DNA from: an uncultured Thermoplasmatales archaeon
GTDB lineage: Archaea > Thermoplasmatota > E2 > DHVEG-1
Length of the DNA stretch: 64,000 bases
NCBI GenBank assembly: GCA_964346655.1
Contig: CAYFVP010000126.1
Span: 7,877 to 71,876, forward strand
Direction: 5' to 3'
Shown: one piece after another, positions 9,367 through 18,476 of the stretch
Position numbering within the stretch: the first letter of the stretch is position 1
Layout of the letters: every line of letters begins with the position of its first letter
The notes under the pieces: generated by a model
Seen by the model: only the letters and a program-made list of their open reading frames with translations
Databases searched by the model: none
What the model was told of the DNA's origin: nothing
Made by a program: the position numbers and the translations under genes

Positions 9367-10503
9367 TTATCTCATCTCCCTTCCAATTATGAGCTGTAAA
9401 ATCTCAGATGTCCCACCACCATACAATAAAAATCTAGCATCACGAAAGAAACGTTGCATAGGAAATTCTTCTGCTATTCCATAAGCTCCATATATTCGGG
9501 TCCCTTCGTCAACAACACTGTTTGCCATTTCAGAGGCAAACAATTTCGCCATAGATGCCTCTTTCATACATGACTTTTTTTGATCTATAAGCCACGCAGC
9601 ATAATAGACCAATAAACGTGCAGCTTCAAGCTCTGTTGCCATTTTCCCCAATTTCATTCTTATAGCCTGAAATTTTCCAATAGGTCGTCCAAACTGTTTA
9701 CGTTCCTGCGAATATTTTATACATGCGTCAAGTGCTCCTCGGGCAAGTCCGATACTTAATGCACCAGTCATAACCCTTATCTCTGCAAGAATCTCCTGGA
9801 GCTGCGGGTAACCTTCTCCATCTTTTCCCAACATATTGTTTAAAGGTATTTTACACTCCTCAAATGCAATCTCGGCTATTGATCCGCCTTGGACAGATAT
9901 CTTATCAATTTTTTTACCTATTGAAAAACCTGGAGTCCCTTTTTCTACCAAAAAGAAATTTACACCTTTTAAGCCTTTACTTTTATCAGTATAGGCAAGA
10001 ACCGTAAAAAAGTCGGCTACAGGAGCATTAGTGATCCATGTTTTAGTTCCATTTAAAATATAACTATCTTTTTCCTTTTTCGCGGCAGTTTGTATTGCTT
10101 CAAGGTCTGTTCCAGCACCAGGTTCTGTTAATGCAAAAGCTGCAATCTTATCACCTCTTATTGCAGGAATTAAAAGCTGTTGCTTGTGGTCTTTGTTTCC
10201 GAATCTGTAGATAAAATTTGTACCCATAAGCGATTGCATAGCAGTAAGCATGGCAAGACTCAACCATCCTCGAGCAAGTTCCTCACATAAAATACAAAAC
10301 ATTACTGTGTTTGTATCTGTACCACCATATTTGGCTGGATAGCGAAGACCAAAATAACCAAGTTCTCCTGCTCTTTTAAATAATGAAGATGGAAACTCAC
10401 CCTTTTTTTCAAGTTCATCTACAAATGGTATTACTTCTTTTTCTATAAAAGCCGCAACTGTTTTTCGAAATAATTCCTCCTCCCCAGTTAGCGAAAAATC
10501 CAT
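9367..10503 (-). CDS. Acyl-CoA dehydrogenase
   Basis: 378 aa; ACAD family layout throughout, 'ALTEPGAGTDL', C-terminal 'YGGGTSEI'. Confidence 0.9.
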   Translation of the reverse strand: MDFSLTGEEELFRKTVAAFIEKEVIPFVDELEKKGEFPSSLFKRAGELGYFGLRYPAKYGGTDTNTVMFCILCEELARGWLSLAMLTAMQSLMGTNFIYRFGNKDHKQQLLIPAIRGDKIAAFALTEPGAGTDLEAIQTAAKKEKDSYILNGTKTWITNAPVADFFTVLAYTDKSKGLKGVNFFLVEKGTPGFSIGKKIDKISVQGGSIAEIAFEECKIPLNNMLGKDGEGYPQLQEILAEIRVMTGALSIGLARGALDACIKYSQERKQFGRPIGKFQAIRMKLGKMATELEAARLLVYYAAWLIDQKKSCMKEASMAKLFASEMANSVVDEGTRIYGAYGIAEEFPMQRFFRDARFLLYGGGTSEILQLIIGREMR

Positions 10504-10719
10504 ATTTAAATCTCCTACAGTTTAATACCTTATAGCCCTATGATTCCCTCTGGAGGTCGTTAAATGTCTTTCGATATATAAGCCTTCCTCCATTTCGACT
10601 TTATAGAGAATATAAAACTCTTTGGCTAGAATATTTCTATAGGGAAAAAAGAAAGATAAATAGATATACCCTTATAATATTTAGAGATAAAAAAAACTTG
10701 GTTTTGGGGAGATTATATC
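10504..10719. promoter_or_regulatory. Divergent intergenic promoter region between acyl-CoA operon (-) and hydantoinase operon (+)
   Basis: 216 nt AT-rich spacer with TATA-like 'cccttataatattt' ~45 nt upstream of 10720 ATG. Confidence 0.3.
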
Positions 10720-12816
10720 ATGAAAATTGGCATCGACGTCGGTGGAACTTTTACAGATTTCCTGTTAATAGATCGTGAAAAATCTGAGATATATAAGGTT
10801 CTATCTACGCCAGTTGATCCCTCAGTAGGATTAATGAACGGATTAAACGAGATGGCACGAGCTAGAAATCTCTCCTTGGATGAGTTTATAAAGGGCGTGG
10901 AAACAATCGTTCATGGAACTACAGTAACTACCAATGCGGTATTGACTTACAATGGTGCAAAAACTGGGTTGTTGACAACAAAGGGCTTAAGGGATGCACT
11001 TGAGATGAGACGAGGGATAAGAGAAGAGCAATATAACAATAAGTTTACTAATGTAAAGCCACTTGTCTCAAGACACCTGAGGTGTCCTATAGAAGAGCGT
11101 TTGGATTACAAAGGGGATGTTATTACACCAATCAAAGAATCTGACATCTCTGATGCAATTAAGCAATTCAAAAAGGAGAATGTTGAGGCTATTGCAATCT
11201 GCTTCATGAATTCATTTGCAAATAAAAGTCATGAAGAAATTGCAGCCAAAAAAATAAAAGCAGAATTTCCTAAGACCTATCTCACAGTTTCAAGCAAACT
11301 CTTACCTTCAATTAGGTTCTATGATCGTATAAGCACAACAGTATTGAACTCCTATGTTGGGCCTATTTTAAGGAATTATTTATTATCTTTAACCTCAAAA
11401 CTGAAAGAAGCGGGTTTTAAGGGTGTATTGCTTATAATGCAGTCCAATGGTGGCGTCATCTCACCTGAAATAGCAAAAAATAGTGCAGCATCAACGCTTT
11501 TATCAGGTCCTGCTGGTGGGCCAATAGCAGGGATTGCATATACTTCTATTCAAGGATACAACGATTGTATCACTATCGACATGGGAGGTACGAGCTTTGA
11601 TGCTGCGTTGATTAAGGATAAAACCCCTCTGGTAACAACTGAAGGTGAGATCAATCGCTTTCGGTTAGCTCTACCTATGCTAGGAATAGTAACAATCGGT
11701 GCTGGAGGAGGTAGCATAGGTTGGATTGATGAAGGAGAGCTATTGCGCATGGGTCCACAAAGCGCCGGTGCAAAACCTGGGCCTGCATGCTATGATCTTG
11801 GAGGAAAGCTACCAACCTGTACTGATGCAGATCTCATTCTTGGCTATTTGGACAAGGACTTCTTTGCAGGAGGAAAGATACCGCTGAACTACAAGAATGC
11901 CGAACAAGCAATAAAAATACATATTGCAGAGAAATTGAATCTAGATGTCGTAGAAGCTGCTGCTGGAATGTATCAAGTTATAAATGTCAATATGGCCTCA
12001 GGCGTAAGAGGAGTATCACTCAAGAGAGGTTATGACCCAAGAGAATTTCCTTTAGTAATTGCAGGTGGTGCTGGACCAGTGCATGCATGCATGATTGCTT
12101 TGGAACTTGAGATACCTTTGATGATCATTCCAAGGGAAAGCTCCATTTTCTGTGCTGCAGGGATGCTGATGTCTGACCTGAAACATAGTTTTGTCAGAAC
12201 TTATGCCACAAAAATCAATGAGATTGACTCAAAAACCTTCTCATCTCTCTTTAATGAAATGGTATTGGAAGGAATAGAGCTGTTAAGAACTGAGAACATT
12301 CCTAAAGAGAAAATTGAGTTTAATTATTCCTTAGATATGAGGTATGTTAAACAATATCACGAGGTAAATGTTATTATCACGAGAAAGGAAGCAGAGCAAG
12401 CAAATATAGAGTCGATAGCTGCAAAATTCCATCCAGAGCACAATCGATTATATGGATATTCTTTAGAAGAAGAAGGAACCTCAATCGAACTAATCAATAT
12501 GAGATTGACATGTATCGGAAAAACAGATAAACCGCGTTTCGCATATGAAAAAAATCATTGGGAAGATGCATCAGAGGCATTGAAAGGTAAGAGGAAGGTC
12601 TATTTACCAGATAAAAGAGATTTTGAGGTAATTAATGTATATGATGGATCAAAACTCAGATGTGGAAACAAGGTTATTGGTCCCGGAATTATCGAACAAG
12701 TCAATACCACTACCTTCGTCAGCCCTGATTACAATGTTGTATGTGATAGATACGGAAGCTACACTATGTATCTGAAAGCCAGGGAAAAAGAATTTATTCG
12801 GAGGATAAATAGATGA
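10720..12816 (+). CDS. Hydantoinase A / N-methylhydantoinase A / acetone-carboxylase beta family (HyuA)
   Basis: 698 aa; N-term 'MKIGIDVGGTFTDFLLID' ATPase (ASKHA) motif typical of HyuA. Confidence 0.85.
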   Translation: MKIGIDVGGTFTDFLLIDREKSEIYKVLSTPVDPSVGLMNGLNEMARARNLSLDEFIKGVETIVHGTTVTTNAVLTYNGAKTGLLTTKGLRDALEMRRGIREEQYNNKFTNVKPLVSRHLRCPIEERLDYKGDVITPIKESDISDAIKQFKKENVEAIAICFMNSFANKSHEEIAAKKIKAEFPKTYLTVSSKLLPSIRFYDRISTTVLNSYVGPILRNYLLSLTSKLKEAGFKGVLLIMQSNGGVISPEIAKNSAASTLLSGPAGGPIAGIAYTSIQGYNDCITIDMGGTSFDAALIKDKTPLVTTEGEINRFRLALPMLGIVTIGAGGGSIGWIDEGELLRMGPQSAGAKPGPACYDLGGKLPTCTDADLILGYLDKDFFAGGKIPLNYKNAEQAIKIHIAEKLNLDVVEAAAGMYQVINVNMASGVRGVSLKRGYDPREFPLVIAGGAGPVHACMIALELEIPLMIIPRESSIFCAAGMLMSDLKHSFVRTYATKINEIDSKTFSSLFNEMVLEGIELLRTENIPKEKIEFNYSLDMRYVKQYHEVNVIITRKEAEQANIESIAAKFHPEHNRLYGYSLEEEGTSIELINMRLTCIGKTDKPRFAYEKNHWEDASEALKGKRKVYLPDKRDFEVINVYDGSKLRCGNKVIGPGIIEQVNTTTFVSPDYNVVCDRYGSYTMYLKAREKEFIRRINR

Positions 12817-14552
12817 AGGAAGAGAAAATCGATAAAATATTGGCTTCTGTATATCAGCGTAGGTTCAAATCCATTACAGAAGAGATGAGCATTGCTCTGA
12901 CAAAAACAACTCGTTCACCAATACTCTGCGAAGCAAAAGATTTTGTTACAGGTCTCTACGATGCTAGAGGAAAAATGCTTGAACAAACTGAAAACCTACC
13001 AATTCTGTCCTTTTCTTTAGGTCCAGTATGTGAATACATTGTCAAATACTTTGGCAAAGAAATCTATCCCGGAGACATCATATTCCACAACGATGTATTT
13101 TCTATGGGCAATCAAAACAATGATGTCGCTGTGTACAAACCCATATTTTACAATAATAAATTGATTGCATGGTCTGCTTGTAAGGGTCATCAAGCCGATA
13201 TTGGTGGAGCAGTTGCTGGAGGATACAATCCTAATGCTACAGAAGTGTGGCAGGAAGCATTAAGAATACCACCTATAAAGGTTTACGAGAAAGGCAAATT
13301 GAGAAAGGACGTGTGGGATCTAATATTTGCAAACATCAGGTTTGATATTGTAGCAGAGGATATGCGGGCAGAGATTGGAAGTTGTGTAGTAGGTGAAAGA
13401 GGGATTTTAAAACTAGTTGAAAAATACGGTAGAAAAAATTTTGAAATGCATAAAAATTATCTCTTCGACTCTACAAATAAGATGATGAAGGCAGAGATAA
13501 GAACAATCCCAAACGGTACATATAAAGGTGAAGCTACCGTCTATTATGACGGAAAAACACCTGGTTCAAAGTATAAGATTAGGGTAAAAATTATTGTAAA
13601 AGATGAAGATATCACATTCGATTATTCTGAAACAGATTCTCAAACAACTGGCTTTGTAAATGGCACGTATACATCTAGTGCATCAGCCACAATATTAACC
13701 TTTCTGCAGATGGTCAACCCTGATATACCTCACAACGATGGTATGATAAGGCCTATAAAAATCATCATACCAGAGGGTACAATCCTCAACGCAAAATATC
13801 CTGCAGCAACCACATTTGGAAACCATCTTTGTCCACCAAATGCTGATGCAATAATAAGGGCTCTATCTAAGGCTATACCTGAGAGAGTTACAGCAGGTTG
13901 GAATCAACTACTGTGCTATCTCACAACAGGATATGATACAAGGAAAAAGGATAAGTACGTTGACATTGGTTTCTTAGGTCTTAAAGGTGGTTCTGGTGGT
14001 ACACACGGTGTAGATGGTTATGACCATATAGGTATGATCGATGCCTCTGGAGGAGTACTTGACCAGGATTATGAGATGTTCGAACAACAAACACCTCATT
14101 TACTGTTAAAACACGAATATTGGACTGATTCTGCAGGCGCCGGGCAATGGAGAGGAGGTCTTGGAATTGAAACCAAGTTTAAGATTGGTGGAGAAAATAC
14201 AAAGATTGTAGTCTTCGGAGATGGGGACATAGAACCCAGTTTCGGTCTTTTCAAAGGTAAAAATGGGACTTTAAACAAAATTGTTCTTACGTTTCCAGAT
14301 GGTAGATTCTATAAAACTTCAAGCAAAGATCTCATTGAAGATGTACCTGCAGGTACCATTTTATTTCAACAAGCTGGGGGTGGGGGAGGATATGGAGATC
14401 CATACCTCCGACCCATAGAAAAAGTTCAAGAAGAAGTAAGAAACGGAATAGTCTCAGTAGAAAAATCTAAAAGTGATTATGGTATTGCCATCGACCCAGA
14501 TACATATAAAATTGATTATAATAAAACAAATAGCTTAAGGGGGAAAACTTGA
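12813..14552 (+). CDS. Hydantoinase B / oxoprolinase family (HyuB)
   Basis: 579 aa; family-typical N-terminus 'ILASVYQRRFKSITEEMSIALTKTTRSPILCEAKDFVTGL'; ATGA coupling to HyuA. Confidence 0.85.
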   Translation: MKEEKIDKILASVYQRRFKSITEEMSIALTKTTRSPILCEAKDFVTGLYDARGKMLEQTENLPILSFSLGPVCEYIVKYFGKEIYPGDIIFHNDVFSMGNQNNDVAVYKPIFYNNKLIAWSACKGHQADIGGAVAGGYNPNATEVWQEALRIPPIKVYEKGKLRKDVWDLIFANIRFDIVAEDMRAEIGSCVVGERGILKLVEKYGRKNFEMHKNYLFDSTNKMMKAEIRTIPNGTYKGEATVYYDGKTPGSKYKIRVKIIVKDEDITFDYSETDSQTTGFVNGTYTSSASATILTFLQMVNPDIPHNDGMIRPIKIIIPEGTILNAKYPAATTFGNHLCPPNADAIIRALSKAIPERVTAGWNQLLCYLTTGYDTRKKDKYVDIGFLGLKGGSGGTHGVDGYDHIGMIDASGGVLDQDYEMFEQQTPHLLLKHEYWTDSAGAGQWRGGLGIETKFKIGGENTKIVVFGDGDIEPSFGLFKGKNGTLNKIVLTFPDGRFYKTSSKDLIEDVPAGTILFQQAGGGGGYGDPYLRPIEKVQEEVRNGIVSVEKSKSDYGIAIDPDTYKIDYNKTNSLRGKT

Positions 14553-16534
14553 TGAGTCGTAACTCTAAGTGGGATTATAGCAAACTTCCAGGTGGAAAAA
14601 AGTATTCGAATTTATTCAAACCCATTAAAATCGGCAAATTCACTGTACCAAATCGTATAAAATATGCGGCAACTGAAGATAATCTAAACGCTCGTGATGG
14701 TTTTGTTACCGATGCCGGTGTGGAGTACCTGCGACTGCGTGCACGTGGTGTAGTAGGTGGGATTTGTACAATGCAGGGTGTCTACATGGACCCCGGAAGA
14801 TTTGGCCAAGGTTATGTTGGTCAAGCAGCAGCCTGGGATGATAAGTTTATACCTGGTCTAAAACGTCTTGCTGATGTTATACACGATGAGGGGGCTGTAT
14901 CTAATTATCAATTAATGCATTGTGGTCGGGTCGGCGGTGTAGAAACACCAGTATGCGTAGGCCCATCAAAAATCCCACAGCGACTTCGAGTGTTTCGACC
15001 TGTTAAAGAAATGACAAAGAACGACATAAAGAAGTGTATCCAAGAGCATACTGATGCTGCACGGCGCGGTATAGAAGCAGGTTTTCAGATGATGGAAATC
15101 TCTGGAATTGTGGGTTATTTAATATCTAATTTTCTCTCTTCCTATACAAATCGTAGAACCGATGATTATGGTGGTGATATAGAGGGAAGATGCACGTTTA
15201 TGGTAGAAACTATTCATGCGGTGCGAGAGGCTATTGGACCTGATATCCCACTTATTATTAGACTCTGTGCTGAAGAATTATTAAATGATGTTGGTGGAAA
15301 TACTCCAGAAGAGAGTATGGTTACATACAAAAAAGCTGAGGAAGCAGGTATCGATTGTTTAAGTGTCACACAAGGCTGGCAGGAATCTATTATACCAGTA
15401 ATTTCACGTGATATTCCTCAGGGCTCATGGCTATATAATGCAAAACGTGCAAAAGAAACAGTCAAAATACCCATATCTATGGCTTACAGGTTATTTACTC
15501 CTGATATACCTGATAAGGCAATTGCTGATGGAATTTTAGATATTTGGGAGATGTGCCGACCAATGATTGCTGATCCATTAATGCCAAAGAAGGTATTAGA
15601 GGGCCGTGAACAGGAGATACGACCATGTGTAGCATGCAACATGTGTTTGGCCCGTTTGTTTCGGGATGCACCCATGACTTGCTATGTTAACCCAGTATGT
15701 GCACACGAAGCTGATCCAGATTGGCAAGTTACTCCTACAACAATGCAAAAAAATGTGATGATTGTGGGTAGCGGTCCAGCAGGGCTTGAATGTGCCTATA
15801 TTGCAGCCCAGCGTGGCCATGAGGTACATGTTTACGATTCTACTAAAACATTAGGTGGTCAGATAATACCTGCGTCAAAGGCACCATATGGTGATGACGA
15901 GCTATATGGAATGATAGATTATCATAAGACAATGTGTAAAAAAGCAGGTGTAAATTTTCATTTAGGAACAATCGTTACACCTGAATTGATAGATGAAGAA
16001 TTTCCAGATGTTGTGGTTTTAGCTGCAGGTTCTGAGTTTATTAAAGGTGATGCCCCAGGTTTTGATAGACCTAATGTAATATGTGCAACCGATGTTTTGG
16101 AAGATAAAGCAAAAGTTGGTAACAAGGTCGTTGTTTGGGGTGGTAAAAAACCAGGTATAGGTGTAGCATTATTTCTTGCAGAACGTGGTAAAAAGGTAAC
16201 TTTAATCAGCAGGGAACGCAAGGTTGGAAAAGATGTAAATCCATCTTATATCTGGAGATACATTAAAAAATTAAACGATAAACGCGTTACAACATACAAA
16301 GAATGCGATCTTGATGAGATTACTGATACAGGAGTTATTGTAAAGAATCACTATGGTACAAAGATCCCCGTTCAAGCAGATACTGTTATTTATGCTGAGC
16401 GTAAGCCCAGACAAGAGTTAAAAGACGTTGTAAAAGAACTTAATATCGAACTTCATATAATTGGCGATGCTTTAGTCCCACGTGCATTATCTAACGCGCT
16501 ACACGATGGCTATCGTACCGGAATACGGTTATAA
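14549..16534 (+). CDS. Old-yellow-enzyme-type NADH:flavin oxidoreductase fused to FAD/NAD(P) domain (2,4-dienoyl-CoA reductase / enoate reductase-like)
   Basis: 661 aa; OYE TIM-barrel N-terminal ~380 aa; C-terminal 'MIVGSGPAGLECAYIAAQRGHEVHVYD' dinucleotide-binding motif. Confidence 0.85.
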   Translation: MMSRNSKWDYSKLPGGKKYSNLFKPIKIGKFTVPNRIKYAATEDNLNARDGFVTDAGVEYLRLRARGVVGGICTMQGVYMDPGRFGQGYVGQAAAWDDKFIPGLKRLADVIHDEGAVSNYQLMHCGRVGGVETPVCVGPSKIPQRLRVFRPVKEMTKNDIKKCIQEHTDAARRGIEAGFQMMEISGIVGYLISNFLSSYTNRRTDDYGGDIEGRCTFMVETIHAVREAIGPDIPLIIRLCAEELLNDVGGNTPEESMVTYKKAEEAGIDCLSVTQGWQESIIPVISRDIPQGSWLYNAKRAKETVKIPISMAYRLFTPDIPDKAIADGILDIWEMCRPMIADPLMPKKVLEGREQEIRPCVACNMCLARLFRDAPMTCYVNPVCAHEADPDWQVTPTTMQKNVMIVGSGPAGLECAYIAAQRGHEVHVYDSTKTLGGQIIPASKAPYGDDELYGMIDYHKTMCKKAGVNFHLGTIVTPELIDEEFPDVVVLAAGSEFIKGDAPGFDRPNVICATDVLEDKAKVGNKVVVWGGKKPGIGVALFLAERGKKVTLISRERKVGKDVNPSYIWRYIKKLNDKRVTTYKECDLDEITDTGVIVKNHYGTKIPVQADTVIYAERKPRQELKDVVKELNIELHIIGDALVPRALSNALHDGYRTGIRL

Positions 16535-16548
16535 AGGAGGTTATATTT

Positions 16549-17127
16549 ATGCAAGTTGACCCTGAAAAAGAAATTAGAAAACTCATGAAAAAGTTTGAAA
16601 CCTTACAGAATATTAACAGAGCTACATGGTATGAATGGCGCCAGGCCGCAATTGAATGCGCCCAACCAAAGTTCAAACCATTAGATTTAGTACTTAAGGC
16701 ATGGGAAATAGTTGGTCATGATACTGCAAAGGCATATTTCCATATGCTTGATGTTTCAAAACCAACATTTCTTGAAGATATTGCTAAATGTATTGTAATG
16801 AGTTCTGCTATGATGGGTGAAACAGCAAAGGTAATAAAGGGTGAAAATGAAAACGAGTTTTTTGTCCAATGGGATCGTTGTCCATGGCCTGAATTTGCTC
16901 GAAGGTACAATGCACCCATGGAGGAGGATGTATTGGGATGTGACAAATGGTTCCAGACAGTGATTGAGGATATCAACCAACTCTTTAATACTAAAGTTAA
17001 GCTAGAAACTCAAAAAGCGATCCCGCGTGGCGATGGATGTTGTATCAGACGGTTAACTATTGAACCAACCGATAGCATGATTAAACACAAGGGAGCAAAA
17101 CAGGTATTAGGAGATATTGATTTATAG
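16549..17127 (+). CDS. Hypothetical Cys-rich protein in the hydantoinase operon
   Basis: 192 aa; SD 'aaggagg' upstream; conserved-looking Cys/His ('CPWP', 'GCDKW', 'GCCIRR'). Confidence 0.4.
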   Translation: MQVDPEKEIRKLMKKFETLQNINRATWYEWRQAAIECAQPKFKPLDLVLKAWEIVGHDTAKAYFHMLDVSKPTFLEDIAKCIVMSSAMMGETAKVIKGENENEFFVQWDRCPWPEFARRYNAPMEEDVLGCDKWFQTVIEDINQLFNTKVKLETQKAIPRGDGCCIRRLTIEPTDSMIKHKGAKQVLGDIDL

Positions 17128-17129
17128 GA

Positions 17130-17339
17130 GTGTATAAAATGGTAGTAGAAATTGATGAAAAGGCCTGTAAGCTTTGCGGTGGATATAACGAGCCATTATG
17201 TGTTGATAAATGCCCGGATTCTGCAATAAATTTACGTGGGAATCGTATTGAGGTAACAGAATTTCTTTGCGAGGATTGTAATGAATGTGGTTTCATATGT
17301 CCTGATAAAGCAATAAAGATAAAGGTAGTGACATTCTGA
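17130..17339 (+). CDS. Small 2x[4Fe-4S] ferredoxin
   Basis: 69 aa; 'CKLCGGYNEPLCVDKCP' and 'CEDCNECGFICP' cluster motifs. Confidence 0.7.
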   Translation: MYKMVVEIDEKACKLCGGYNEPLCVDKCPDSAINLRGNRIEVTEFLCEDCNECGFICPDKAIKIKVVTF

Positions 17340-17358
17340 TATTCCTTAATAGATAGAT

Positions 17359-18474
17359 TTATGGCCCTTCACATAAAGCAGCAACTTCAGATAAATCATA
17401 TATTTTTATAGGGATTTTATTTTTTAAGGCAGTGCGCCTAAAATTTAGATAGCATGAGGGACAACATGTTACTAAGCCTTCGACTCCGAGAGGTAATATG
17501 TCTCTTGTAAGCATTGTATTTGCAATATTCATAGCCATTTTATAATCTAATGATAAGATGCCTCCTCCACCTCCACAGCATCTAGAAAACTCTCTTATAT
17601 GTTGCATTTCTGCAAAATTAAGGCCCTCAATAGACTTGAGAACCTTGCGTGGAGCATCATAGACCTTTGAGTGTCTACCCAGTGAACATGGATCATGATA
17701 TGTAAGAGAAATTGATTTCTTAAGCTTAAATCCATTATTCATTTTTTTGCTTAATATCTGGGATATATGAAGTATTTCAATATCGGTAAAATTAACATCT
17801 AGTATATCTGGGTAAAGCCTCGTGAAGGCATTATAACAACCTGAGCATGAGGTTACTAATCTCTTAATGTTTGCTTCATTCAACACATTACGTACTTTAA
17901 CTGCAATAGCCCTTGCCTCATCAAATAAACCCAAACTGATCAAAGGTTCACCGCAACACGGTTCGCTGTTTAATATTTTGTAATCCAAATCTAATTTTTT
18001 TAATACCTCTCCAGCGGCATCTGCAAGATTAGGTGCCATAATTGATGGAGTACATCCTACCCAATAAAGTAAATCAACATCTGAAGATTGTTGGTTATCA
18101 CCCAATTTCTCATTGATCCAAGTTTCTTTGGTTCTTGTCCGTGATTGGTAAGGGCTTCCAAATTTTTTAATAGCTTTGCTAAGAGTATGAACATTTTCTG
18201 GTGCAGCTGCGTTTTTTAGAGCTAAGGTTCGTAGAGCCATAACCAATTTTGGAATCTCAAGCCCTTCAATACAAAGTTCTCTACACCGATAGCATTGTGT
18301 ACACAACCATGGATATTTGCTTAAGAAATCTTTATCTTCATATAAATCCAGTTGGAGGTGTCTAACTACCTTTCGAATATTGAAATCACTTGCTTCTATG
18401 CTTGGACAGGATGCAGTACAAGTGCCACATTGTTCACATGCCCTAATGATATCCTTGAACTCTTCAGTAATCAT
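17359..18474 (-). CDS. HdrD-like protein (two [4Fe-4S] motifs + two CCG domains; heterodisulfide reductase D / GlpC / GlcF family)
   Basis: 371 aa; 'CEQCGTCTASCP', 'CTQCYRCRELC', 'EPCCGEP', 'SRCCGGGGG'. Confidence 0.75.
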   Translation of the reverse strand: MITEEFKDIIRACEQCGTCTASCPSIEASDFNIRKVVRHLQLDLYEDKDFLSKYPWLCTQCYRCRELCIEGLEIPKLVMALRTLALKNAAAPENVHTLSKAIKKFGSPYQSRTRTKETWINEKLGDNQQSSDVDLLYWVGCTPSIMAPNLADAAGEVLKKLDLDYKILNSEPCCGEPLISLGLFDEARAIAVKVRNVLNEANIKRLVTSCSGCYNAFTRLYPDILDVNFTDIEILHISQILSKKMNNGFKLKKSISLTYHDPCSLGRHSKVYDAPRKVLKSIEGLNFAEMQHIREFSRCCGGGGGILSLDYKMAMNIANTMLTRDILPLGVEGLVTCCPSCYLNFRRTALKNKIPIKIYDLSEVAALCEGP

Positions 18475-18476
18475 TC

